Source: Octopus sinensis
Lineage: Eukaryota
NCBI RefSeq assembly: GCF_006345805.1
Contig: NC_043006.1
Coordinates: forward strand, 47,740,001-47,804,000
Reading direction: 5' to 3'
Length of the DNA: 64,000 nt
The notes beneath the pieces were generated by a model. It saw only the letters and a program-made list of their open reading frames with translations, was not told where the DNA came from and did no database searches. Within the stretch, counting starts at the first letter, position 1; each line of letters starts with the position of its first letter. This document shows positions 1-12,146 of this stretch, one piece after another. Both the position numbers and the translations under genes were made by a program.

Positions 1-37
1 ATAATGATATTAAAAATAATTATAATAATTCAGTTAA

Positions 38-425
<388 letters not shown>

Positions 426-1123
426 CTTACATGTTTATATATGTATATATCTGTATGTGAACGTATAAATATATATGCATGTATGTTTGTGTTTGATTGT
501 GTGAATGTGTCTGCGTGTGTATGTGCACGTGTACGGGCTTTGAATCTTGAAAGTTGGTTAAGGACAATCGCATGTGTAACCAGCCATGAAGAACCAATTC
601 AGAGACACAAAGGTAAAAAATGCCAATCCCTTTCAAACGGCTACCACTTTAACAGTACCAGAATATCCATTTTTGTACATCTACACATTCAAAGCAATTT
701 CCGAACGACCCTTCAACAACAACACACCCTGATAAGCTCAGTGACTACTACTAAATTCAGGCCATGAAGACACAAAGGATGTTCTTGAAGTCGAGGATTC
801 GAAACTTACGAAGACAATATTTACATATCGCCTGAGGAAACACAACTAGATCTCATGATGCAGTGAAACACTTGCATGATCAAGTAATTGCACATCTAGA
901 GAACTAGGTGCGTGGAAACAATTGAAGTGATTAAAAGTTAATGCCCAACCGTACCTCTTCGTTTTGACTCCAATAGTTTTCAATTATCAATCACATACGA
1001 CATATGACCAACCACAAACCTGGAAGTACTTATAATACTCCTACTGGATGGCACAAGTTAAATGTGAATGTGAACGAGCTTTATTCTCTACACTACTACG
1101 TTCTTAGCAAAATATCCCATAAC

Positions 1124-1173
<50 letters not shown>

Positions 1174-1176
<3 letters not shown>

Positions 1177-1267
1177 GTCTACCTGCTGGAAATAACATTC
1201 AAAACTATTATTTAAATTTGGTGATTTAAATAAGAAATTTGACTGTTATTTCCGGCAGGTAGACATA
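1174..1267. repeat. Short inverted repeat / mini-MITE, ~23-bp arms
   Basis: TATGTCTACCTGCTGGAAATAAC (1174-1196) pairs with GTTATTTCCGGCAGGTAGACATA (1245-1267), 1 mismatch, AT-rich 48-nt spacer. Confidence 0.7.
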
Positions 1268-1442
1268 TTAGAATGTCCTTTCATTAAATTTAATCTTTCA
1301 GATATTTAATATTTAGGTGGGAGGCGTGCAATCACCTATAATATTGATCCTGTTATTATCATTTTTAAAATTGTTACTAGATAATAACAGATATAATAGT
1401 GTCTTCGCAAATTATTTTTTCGACAATTTACTCCATATTGAA

Positions 1443-1475
<33 letters not shown>

Positions 1476-1493
1476 GATATATATTTACTCCAT

Positions 1494-1526
<33 letters not shown>

Positions 1527-1612
1527 CGCCATGTTGATTCGTTAGCTACTGCACGCATTTTTTCTCTCCTTTTTTTTCTCTCCTTCTTTCTGTGTTTTTC
1601 TCTCTCTGTGTA

Positions 1613-1650
1613 TCTTTCTGTTGAAGAGCGTAGGCTCGAAACGTTAAAGA
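1613..1650 (+). ncRNA. Minimal type I hammerhead ribozyme motif (A6U core variant) in a PLE-type terminal repeat
   Basis: TCTTT-CTGTTGA-A-GAGC(GTAG)GCTC-GAAAC-GT-T-AAAGA: 5-bp stem I, 4-bp stem II, loopless palindromic stem III (ACGT); related copy at 54053-54092. Confidence 0.65.
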
Positions 1651-2301
1651 CTTGTTTTATTTATATTTCCCGAACGCCATACTAATACAATTGTTCGTTT
1701 GTTTTCCACCTGCCTTCGTCTTTTGTTTATTTTCATAAGCTTCCCGTTATATATATATAATATATATATATATCTTATAATCGAATATTTATTATGAAAC
1801 ATTGTGTGGATTATATTGTATAAAGGATCGTGGGCAAGACCAGAACAATGCGAAATAAATGCAACGGAAATCACAAGGAAACAAATATATGAATTAATGT
1901 AGACTTACCTTGCTTTCAATATTTTGGGGTTATGACCCCACTTTCAAGAAATTAACGTGTTGCCGACGTGCCTGTGTGTATACATACACACATACATATA
2001 AATATATATGCATTTGCAAAAGCAGGTGCAGTAAAATATCGGGTTATCTTGAAAGGCACAATACAGCTGTTAATAAGAGTTGTTGTTATTAATCATTGCT
2101 AGATATCATACCTTTAACCTGACTCCTTCATAGTCAGCTTATGTACTTTTCAACCCACCCGCGTATATGCGCAATTACGTATTTCCCTTTATATTCCTTC
2201 TTTAATATTTATATCTTTGTAAACGTAAATATTTCAACGTTATATTCATATATATATATATATATATATAATCAAAATAAGCAACAGGATACCCAGACGT
2301 A

Positions 2302-2388
2302 ATGCAGTACGATCGTTTCAAGCGACTCCATTAATCGTACAATGCAACCGTTACATCAATTTAAATGCAGATCAATCCTCAGCTGCAT
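2302..2388 (-). ncRNA. Type I hammerhead ribozyme motif with unpaired stem II base
   Basis: Minus strand: ATGCAG-CTGAGGA-(56 nt)-GAAA-C-GATC-G-TA-CTGCAT; perfect 6-bp stem I, palindromic stem III ACGATCGT, GUA cleavage triplet. Confidence 0.7.
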
Positions 2389-3669
2389 AAATACATAGAA
2401 TTAAATTAAATTAAAACAGATAGACACATTAGTATAAGTTTACCTAAAACCTCCAAAAGGGTAAGGAGATAGATAAAGATCATGCTGTTTTCCCTTCAAA
2501 TTTATGTTCGTTGTATTTTTTAGAAAGGAATTAATACTGAGTTTCTATTCTGTGTCTATGTTTGTGTCGGTATCTTGTGAAGATACACAAATGGAAACAC
2601 CTCGTTACGGCAAAGTGATGAGAATACCAAGAAATCAAAATTTTACCAAATTTGACTGCTAACCAGTTCTAGTTACACGTATTTCATCTCACTTTAATCC
2701 TAATGAGAAATGTGATGATGATATGAGTTGAAAGCTTTTAAAGCATTCATTTGGATTTCAAACGAAAATACTCTTTTTTATTTGAGAAATAGTATAGAAT
2801 CCTTTACAGATACATAGCTATAAGTGTATCAAGTTAATTACATGCAGAAAACACAGATAAAGCTCCGTATTATATTCCCTAGTTTTGTTTCTTAGAGTAA
2901 ATAGCTCTATTCTAACTGAACTTACTCATTCTTATCTAAACTTATTGATGTATTCAACTTCTCACCACGGATTTATTTTGAGTGTCTGACATTTTATAGA
3001 ACACTATTTCAGTTTACTAAGAATGAAAACTACGGGCTATGAAACGATGTTCTGTTTCATTTTATAATATCCAACGTTGCATTTTCTTTTTTCCTTATTG
3101 TCACAACGCGTACTTTAATACTTGTTTACGTTTTAATTCGTTTCAGCAGTCGCCACCACGGTTAATTTTTCACTGAATACTACGCCATCGTTTTGGAGAT
3201 AATGTTGTAAAATGAAACAAGGATTATTCGTAACATTTTGGACCATTGCTCATTATCGTATTTCAGACGTACGCTTTTAATAAAATCTCTCTACTTTGCA
3301 TATTAATGAATTCGTATGTTGTAAGTGAATGCCAGAAAGCAATAAAAGATTTTATAACCAAATATCAACAGGAGAAGTTTATTTAGCGCTTTCAGCAAGC
3401 ATTGTTTAATATGTGAAACTTTCCAAGTTATTTCTAATACAGCGCGGTTGTGGAATTGTATTTAAAGGTGGATACTACCACATGATTAAGATGTTAGAAT
3501 TTTTTCCAAAATCAGGTGCAAGGGATGTTATGCGGTTTAATAAAGGCAACTGATACTTTGCTACATTTTTGTGTTTACCTTGTTCTACAATATGTTAGAA
3601 AATACTTGTCGAGTTTATCGAATGTGTGTGTGTTTGTATGTGTATTATACATATATATATATTTTCATG

Positions 3670-3736
3670 AGTGTATGTATGTATGTATGTATGTATGTAT
3701 GTATGTATGTATGTATGTATGTATGTATGTATGTAT
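3670..3736. repeat. (TATG)n microsatellite
   Basis: Direct observation. Confidence 0.97.
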
Positions 3737-4091
3737 AGGAAAATTGTTAGTCTTGACATTTAAGATAAAGACTGATTTAGCGCTAAACATTTTGCAACGC
3801 TCTAAATAGTTAAAGACTGAGACATGAGGTTTATTCTTTGAGCTATTTTCTCTTCTGTGTGCTTTCTTGTGGCATGTACACATGGGAGATTAGATTTAGG
3901 TTATTGCAACAATCAGATTAGTGACCAATCGTCTAACGCAATCAAGATAAGTGGCTTCCAGACAACATTATGGTCGAGCTTTTTGTACACAACATTCTCA
4001 GTACTACAAACAACATACAGCTACACGACAGCAGCATCGTAAATAATCTGTGAATATATCTGAAGACAGACAAGTTCACTAATATAAATAG

Positions 4092-4169
4092 ATCAAAGTA
4101 ACGGGCTTGCTGGACTTTGTTTATATCATTCTTTGGGTTTTAGCATTTCCTGGTTTCAGTGAGGTAAGT
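4092..4169 (+). other. Possible short exon ending in a consensus splice donor
   Basis: GAG|GTAAGT at 4161-4169; preceding frame reads IKVTGLLDFVYIILWVLAFPGFSE (hydrophobic); no in-frame ATG and no good polypyrimidine acceptor. Confidence 0.25.
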
Positions 4170-5750
4170 ATATATACTCTAGTGTATATTTAATCAACTA
4201 CTTTTTAAATGTATACTTTATCAAACTCAGTCTTTCATGTAATTACAGTTTTGTCGATTTCTTAGTGGGAATGAATTTGCTGAGATAATGCTTACATATA
4301 TTGATATGTTAGTCACAATAAGTGAAGGCATCCGCGTGCACTATAAGAAGTCTGTAGTTTTCGATGGTTTCTGAAGTTGAGAGTGTACTGAAAGGCTTGA
4401 TTGGCGGTCAAGCCTTCCCGGTTCCGTTAAAGGGCTTTGAAAATCTTAAAGACTGTTGCGGTGGAAGTGGAGGTGGTGGTGGTGGTGGTGATAGTGGTGG
4501 TGTCGGTTGTTGTTGTTGTGGTGGTGGTGGTGTTTTTGATGATGATGATCATGTTAATGATGATGAATACGACGAGGATTACTTTTGATCAACGTAAATG
4601 AACCAGTCACTATGATGTAACTAGTTGTAATCATCCTGCGATTTTTGATGTGGGTAAGGGGACTGCATTAACTATTTAATATTGTAAAATGTAATATGAG
4701 GCAGCTACAGCTGCTATTTATAATATATTGGGGGACGAAATCGATAATTCCCATTGTGGTATCATTGATAGTTATGGTATCGGTAGTAGTTGTCCCAGTA
4801 ATATTAGTTGCAATTGTTATATCTTTTTACCAGTAACTCAATCCTACCACATTAGAGCTCGTCTGACAACAAGATTTCCGTTGTCACAGCTGAAATCAAA
4901 ACCCTTCTAAGTTCAATGAAGTCAGACGTTGAACTCGCTATCCTAAGTGAATATTTATAATCTACTTCAAGATTAGAGACAATTGATATCAAGGTCATTT
5001 CACTTAGCATCAGGTCAGGGGAGATTGTGCAAATGGAACGTCAAGAATAGCGAATTCTTGAACCTTATCGTCTTGGTTTTTTTAATTTTGCCTTTCAGAA
5101 GAAATATATACGGAATTCATTAATCATGGTATCCTTTCTCAAGACAATAAGAGACTAATTCAAAGGAGATTTAACTGCTATTTCGGAAATATTAAGTTAT
5201 CTAATAAATAATCTCTTGTTGGCCTGTTTGATGCAAAGGTTTGCAGAGCTAAACATCAGGCTAAATAAAACAGAGGTTTTCATTGCTTAGGTCCAGTTCA
5301 AGTTTAATCGGCGAAACGTATACTCAACTGTATGTGTCCCTCCGATCAAGTTAGTCCCTCCGATTAGAGTTAGTCAAAGTGTATCTAGACCTCTTTTACC
5401 CAATACTTCTTCCTTAGTAATGACATTAGATCATACCTAAGCGATTAAACCCGTGACTAACAGCGTATTATTTCAATCATAATACATCTCACTAGGGCTA
5501 CATTATTCAACAGGTCTTCTTTGGCTTAAAACATAAAGGTGCGAATCACTAGAGGTTTAGTAGCTATATCTAGCAGGTTACAGAGAAGGACATTCCAACT
5601 AGTCGCAGGCAAGAGAGCATAATGCATTGATTGATGGCCTGGCCTTAGATAGGGAGTCAATTAGTAACAAAAGAACTTAGTGTTATTGTGTAACGGCTAA
5701 AGACAAATAGCAATTCGTAGCGAAAATAGAGTCAAATTACTGACATACTA

Positions 5751-6641
5751 CGAGGTCTGATCAATAAGTATCCTGACCGGTGCCATAGTTACGAAGCTAA
5801 AACATGCAGAGTAAAGTCACTTGGCGGAAATTGACCTTAATCTCTGTTGTGCATTTGCACTAAGTTTTAACTTTCTAGCTCACTTCCGCTGTTTACAGCA
5901 GCATTTGGAAAGAAGATATGTAACGTCTGATCGACGCATTAACCATGACAGAGTACGCTGTCATGGCGATACCTGGTCTGAGGCCGAGGTAAAGTTACAA
6001 AAAGTGTGTGGAGAGGAGTGTATGAGCCATACACAAGTGTACGAGTGTTTCAGCCATTTCGAAGTTGGCTGAAACTAATGTCAATATTGATCAACGTTCT
6101 GGGAGACCCGCAACCAGCAGACCTGAGATAAACATCGCAGATGCTCGTGAAGCTCTGAAGGAAAATAGTCGAATTACCATCCATGAGTTATCGGAGGATG
6201 TGCAAATTGTTACGGTTCAGTTCAGTCCATTATCACTGAAGATGCGAGTATGAAACGTGTCTCTGCCAAGTTTGTGCCCAAACTGCTTTCAGCTGACCAA
6301 AAAAGACCCTCGTGTTTCAGTTGCGCAAGATCTTGATTGTGTCGAGAACGACGAAAACATTTTGAAACCTTTGCGTAGGTCTCTGAGCAAGTATCTCTAA
6401 GCTTTTGGCAAAATTTGATGCATATTCTCTGCTCGATTTTCTGTCATGGTCAATGCGATGATTAAACGCTACACACCTTCATTTAATGCACTGCTGTAAA
6501 CAGCGGAAGTGAGCCAAAACGTTAAATCTTAGAGCGCATGCATAGCAGAGTTCAAGGTCTGTCTGTTCCAAGGAGCTTTACACTGCGTGCTTTAGCTTCG
6601 TTGCTATGGCGACAGTCCGGATACTTATAAATCAGACTACG
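5751..6641 (+). mobile_element. Internally deleted mariner element with ~155-bp TIRs
   Basis: TA flanks at 5749-50 and 6642-43; TIRs 5751-5905 and 6485-6641; frameshifted transposase N-terminus KLQKVCGEECMSHTQVYECF..DQRSGRPATS..ITIHELSED..MKRVSAKFVPKLLSADQK (HTH region); no DDD domain. Confidence 0.9.
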
Positions 6642-7688
6642 TATATATTTGAATACACTTTCTATCTGCCTTCTTTGCACTATCTCTCCGGTTCATCTCT
6701 ATCCTTATGTTTGTATAACAATCTTTTAGGCATCCCTATTCTTTATATTTCACACCTCGTCACATCGCCACTTCCTATCACACCTACAACTTTATTTTGA
6801 TCGTTTTCTAAGAAATGAAGACGTAGATATAGATAAATAAACTTAGAAATATAAACATAAACACATAGACACTCGTGTTCAAGCAAACACATAAATGCGC
6901 TTAAAGACTAAAACACGTACAATGAAACACATTTAGAGCGACAGAGGCTGAGACAGACAGGGAAGGGGGTTTCAGGACTGGCAGACAGATAGATGACAAG
7001 ATTAATTAATATAAATAATTAGATAGATACAAATGTAGATGAAAAAACAGAGTGTATGTATGTGTATGTGTATATTCGTGTCTATTTATATGAGTACTTG
7101 TGTGAGCGCGTGCTTAAGCAAGAGGGTGAGAAACATACTGTATATTCACATATACAGTATATATTCAGGTATGGAGTATATATTCTTCTGTTTGTATGTT
7201 TAGATTTAAAATATTTTTACAAACCTTCCTACACCAAAACTCAGCTCCACCCATTCGTTCTTACTGTTTCTGTTCCTATGCTATACACACAGTAATCCTT
7301 GTTACTCAAACACACACAGACAGAGGTTAACACGCACATATGTACCCACACACACATATGTACCCATGTATTCATTGGCTTAAATATGTTACCCAACTGA
7401 AAATATATAACTACCAAGAGACTGACTGCATATCTTAAACAGCATAAATAGAAGATTTAATGGGAGCATAGGGTCATTTTGAATCAATCACCATATACCT
7501 CAGAATGTAATCATGAGGGCTGCTTGAGGTATTTTGCAGGAAATATCCACATCCATCTACTCTCTCTACTGAAATGTCCTACATCTTTTATTTGATGTCT
7601 TAAATTTTTTGACCATATTTCACATTAATGCACCAATCTGTGTATGTATGAATGTGCGCATAAGTTGCTGTCTACATAGATGTATGTG

Positions 7689-7689
<1 letters not shown>

Positions 7690-7780
<91 letters not shown>

Positions 7781-7890
7781 CATATATATACATATATATA
7801 TATACATATATACATACATATATGTATATATATATATATATACATACATATACATACATACATACATACATACATACATACATACATACA

Positions 7891-7924
<34 letters not shown>

Positions 7925-7935
7925 CATACATATAA
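7690..7935. repeat. (TA)n/(TACA)n compound microsatellite
   Basis: Direct observation. Confidence 0.97.
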
Positions 7936-8157
7936 ATAATTGAAGGATAAAATAATAAAAATTTTATGAATTTTATCAGTGGCCAGCATGTAAAAATACC
8001 TTTTAGGTAAAATTTATATACAGATCTATAATTATGTGGAATATAATTATAATTAACGGCACAGAAGTTACTGTGCCTATATGCTAGAAAAAGACACCAA
8101 ATACGTCCGACCACTACAATCTTCTGAGCCCTTATTTATAATTATAATCATATTCTA

Positions 8158-8159
<2 letters not shown>

Positions 8160-8241
<82 letters not shown>

Positions 8242-8270
8242 CATATATATATATATATGTATGTGTGTGT
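8160..8270. repeat. (CA)n/(TA)n microsatellite
   Basis: Direct observation. Confidence 0.97.
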
Positions 8271-9072
8271 ATGTGTATACATAGATATGTATATAGTTAA
8301 TAAAACAAAATGAAGAAAAAATATAATAGATACTTCGTTCATTTTATTTGTATCAAACTGGAAAAGTAATGCAAATTGAATATGATACATATAAGAAAAA
8401 GAATGAAAGAAACCGTATCAACAAAACAACCAAAAAATATCTTAAAAGAAACCTACACATGTTTCAGTCCAACAGTATGTTTGAGTTATCAACATTCAAA
8501 CGATTACTGATGTAAAAAAAAAAAAAACATATATTGCCGGGTATCTTCAGGGACAAGTAAGAATATGTTCCGATCTTGAATTACGAAATAACTAATTTGA
8601 AGACTTTGTTTTCAAATATTCAAATGTAAACAACAACTTATTAGGGCACGGAGTTCGTGTGATGAGATATTCGTTTTGAAATTTCGCTAATATTGAACGT
8701 TGAAATGTTGCTAAAACATCACAATCCATTGTTTGTTTGTTTCTGAACCCGTTTATTAAGTATTACTTAAGTTTACCGTGAAATGGTCCTTTTTCAGACC
8801 GAATTCTACTTGGTGAAATTATTGATTACTTCTTAATTAGTTAATTTTACCCTTTGTTATTATTGTTAATAGAATTTTCTCCCCGATAACAAACTGCAGA
8901 TTTTTTTCTGTTGTAGTTTACTTGACGACACACACGGACGGGCGGGGGAAGCTAAGCGAACCTCATTCATATTTTGAATTCAGCGGTTCTAACACTGAAT
9001 ATGATCTGTCTGATACCGTTAGGTGGAGAGATATATTCAACTATTCTAGTACCCTCGAATTATTGTGGAATG

Positions 9073-9154
9073 CCATGCTGATGAAGAAAATGGTTAGTAA
9101 AGTATAATTTTATATTTTTTATGCAAAACCTAATTCCGAAACGCGCGTCCATGG
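9073..9154 (+). ncRNA. Type I hammerhead ribozyme with intact catalytic core
   Basis: CCATG(9073-77)-CTGATGA(9078-84)-A-extended stem II-GAAA(9138-41)-C-GCGC-G-TC(cleavage after C9149)-CATGG(9150-54); palindromic stem III ACGCGCGT. Confidence 0.85.
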
Positions 9155-9334
9155 ATGACCAGATATATGATTAATTGATTTTCGTTGCTTTACTCTCTGC
9201 ATGTGTGAATTGTCTTCAAGTATTTTAGTTTCTCTAGGAGTCCATTTTTAAAGTAGAAGAAATAGCTAAAATTTTTGGCTGCTATTTCTAAACTTCGGTG
9301 TGGTGGTGAAGGAAATCTTTGCTAAACCCTTTTG

Positions 9335-9470
<136 letters not shown>

Positions 9471-9487
9471 TACAAAATATTTTACAT

Positions 9488-9570
9488 GTTGCAGCCGCGT
9501 AAGTTCGGCCATGCTGGCCACCGTCTCGAAGAATTTTAATCGAACGAACATACTTGCTTTTTGTACAGGT
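9488..9570 (-). mobile_element. SINE family A 3' module fragment
   Basis: CGGCCATGCTGGCCACCG matches the reverse complement of the CGGTGCTCCAGCATGGCCG tail of full copies. Confidence 0.55.
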
Positions 9571-9615
9571 GGTATTATTTATTAATCTATTTTTCCAAAC
9601 AGCCACATCTTCGGC

Positions 9616-9647
<32 letters not shown>

Positions 9648-9779
9648 ATATATATATCATGTTATGTTATATTATACTATAATATATTGTATTATATCAT
9701 ATTATATATTATGTTGTATTCAAACACCTAGAATGAAAAACGCGTGATACCAGCAAAAGTATTAAAATACTGCAAGTAA

Positions 9780-10530
9780 TTTTAACAACAACAGTACCAT
9801 TTTGCAACCCACAAGCACGCTATATAAGCAATAAGACGGAATAACTATGGTCTCTCCCTTATGGTTCATTTTTACTACAATATACATTGCTACCATAGAA
9901 AGCGAAATTATATCTGAAGCTAAAACGAAAAAAGATTTCACTACATATGTCGGTAATATATCATGACACATTAGAAGACGTCGAGATAATAAAGACGTAG
10001 ACAACAACTCAGTAATAAAATTTGATATTGAAAGCAAGAGTGGTGCAAGTCCAGTTCTAGACATAAACATTCATATTATAAACAATAGATACATTACGGT
10101 TGTTAACACAAAAGATACAAACAAACGGACATATCTCAATGGATATAGCAAATGCTCATATAACTTCAAAATGTCAGTTGTAAAATAACTTCTGAAGAGA
10201 GAATTTAGATTTTCTGCGGAATGAAACATAAAGTAATTAACAACAGATATATAGACACATCGGTGGACCAAGCTTCATGTGAATAGATACAAAAATGTAA
10301 TGCAGCAAATACATTAGACACTACCTCTACTGAAAATCCAAATATTACATCAAAATTGTATTGTATAAAAAAAACACATACATAGACACGATCAGTGAAG
10401 ACAAATATAAAACAAAACATACAATGTACTGCGTTAAACCATAAAGTGACACTACGATGTATTACGAAAACAATAGGACGAAAGTTAACAGGCAGAATAG
10501 AAAGGCATAATGCAAACATGAAAAACCTGA
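9780..10530 (+). pseudogene. Decayed Penelope-like retroelement ORF: RT C-terminal half, thumb and GIY-YIG remnant
   Basis: LYKQ*DGITMVSPL (~YKQxDGxAMGSPL); IYIATIESEI..TYVGNI (~RYVDDI); VIKFDIE..SPVLDINIHI..TKDTNKRTYLNGYSKCSYNFKMSVVK*LLKR; CITKTIGRKLTGRIERH (~YIGxTxRxLxxRxxEH); several stops and frameshifts. Confidence 0.88.
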
Positions 10531-11139
10531 GAATAAAATTTAAAGGATCAATGCAATTAACAATTTATCTGTAAAATTTAGAGATGGAATCGTTTCAATT
10601 TCCTCTCTTATATTTGGCAGTCAAGTGCAACGTTTCTTTTTATTTAAAACAATGAGCAATAGCAATACATTACATCAAACACCATGCAACAAATCTACAT
10701 AGGAAAATATTAAAAGAAAATCCTTCGTTATTTTATAGAATTACCCTCGCAGATAGACGATAGATATTGTTGCAATACGAATATTGCATAGCAAAGCTTC
10801 AATAAATACGCAACATATGCATATAATATTTGAAAATTCGATGTTCTACAACTTCAGTGACCTGATAGTCAAATGGTGGATAAGGCTGCCCATTATAGAA
10901 AAGAAAGAACACTAAATTCAGTGAATTAGAACGGACAGTTAAAGCTGAATTCGGTAGCATTACTTTTCCAAACGAACTACTAGGACTTGGTAGGAAAAAA
11001 CTTTAACAGAGAAGATTAAATTACAATATAGTTGTGTTTTCAGTATATATTTACATACGTATACATACACACGCGCATGCATATGTACATATGCACGTGT
11101 TTGTGTTTGTATTTGTGCGAATATTACGCTCGTTCGCCC

Positions 11140-11238
11140 TGTTTATGGTGCCCCATATAAGATTAAAAGATTTCACCATGGGGCGATTTTAATTTAGAAA
11201 TAACCTGGGCCTATACTGGCCGAAAAGCCTATCAAAGT

Positions 11239-11240
<2 letters not shown>
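11140..11240 (+). mobile_element. ~100-bp 3' terminal fragment of the same LINE family as 11295-11955
   Basis: AAAGATTTCACCATGGGGCGATTTTAATTTAGAAATAACCTGGGCCTATACTGGCC aligns with the 3' end of the minus-strand LINE. Confidence 0.75.
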
Positions 11241-11294
<54 letters not shown>

Positions 11295-11296
<2 letters not shown>

Positions 11297-11955
11297 CTTA
11301 GAATAACTTAGAAAGGTTTTGGCCAGTATTGGCCCAGGCCATGTCTAACTTAATAGCACCACCTGGCGAAGTCTTTCAGTTCAGGATTTGGGCACCAAGG
11401 CCCATTCGAGCAGAGAGTTATTGTTTGCGGAGACATATCCGGGTGTGGGTGGTTTGTCCCGTACTGTTTGAAGGAATTTGTCCAAAGACTTCTTGAATTT
11501 TGTGTGGTCAGTTTCTTTTTTGACGTGTCCTGGTGTAATGTTGAAGAGAGCGGGTCCAATTGAGGTGAAATAGTTGTGCCGTATTGTCGTTATGTGATGC
11601 GATTTAGATTTTTGTTGTGGACGGATGGCACGTGGTCCAAGCCTTGGATGTATTTTGAAGGTGATGCCAACATCATTCGGACAGTGCTGATGGAATATTT
11701 TCCACATCATGCAGATAATGTAGCGTTCACGGCGTCGTTGGAGTGAATACAATTTCAGCTTCTCTAGTCTACCCTAGTAGTCAAGGTCTGACATGCCATC
11801 TATCTTTTTTGTGATTGACCTTTGGGGAGCTTCAATTCTCATAATATTTTGTCTTGTGTAGGGAGGCCACAGTGGACAGCAGTATTCAAGGTGGGGTCGG
11901 GCAAAAGTGGAGAAGAGAAGGATAATAGCGTGGGAATCTCTCGACTGGAAGGTTA
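11295..11955 (-). mobile_element. 5'-truncated CR1/L2-like LINE (RT C-terminus and 3' UTR)
   Basis: FARPHLEYCCPLWPPYTRQNIMRIEAPQRSITKKIDGMSDLDY*ERLEKLKLYSLQRRRERYII..KFKKSLDKFLQTV; short tandem 3' tail (TCTAAGTTAT)x2; embedded in (TA)n on both sides. Confidence 0.9.
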
Positions 11956-11998
11956 TATATATATATATATAATATATAATAAATATAATATATATATG

Positions 11999-12073
<75 letters not shown>

Positions 12074-12146
12074 CATACATACCAGCATACATGCATACAT
12101 ACGTTTATATATATATATATATGTACGTGTGTTTGTATACATATAA

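Noticed and set aside
570-960. Coding-looking unique block (ORF 240-767 tail)
   Set aside because: Only vague resemblance to RT or integrase motifs in different frames; not assignable
4364-4588. 74-aa ORF with poly-Gly/Cys/Asp, and a 9-bp hairpin at 4392-4416
   Set aside because: The ORF is mostly GGT/GTT/GAT trinucleotide repeat; the hairpin is short and has no supporting context
5335-5375. Short tandem duplication GTCCCTCCGAT..GTTA x2
   Set aside because: Two units only; ordinary slippage duplication
8450-8545. Minus-strand CTGAAGA..GAAACATGTGTA hammerhead-like pattern
   Set aside because: Stem I has only 2 good pairs and stem II does not close; at best a highly decayed copy
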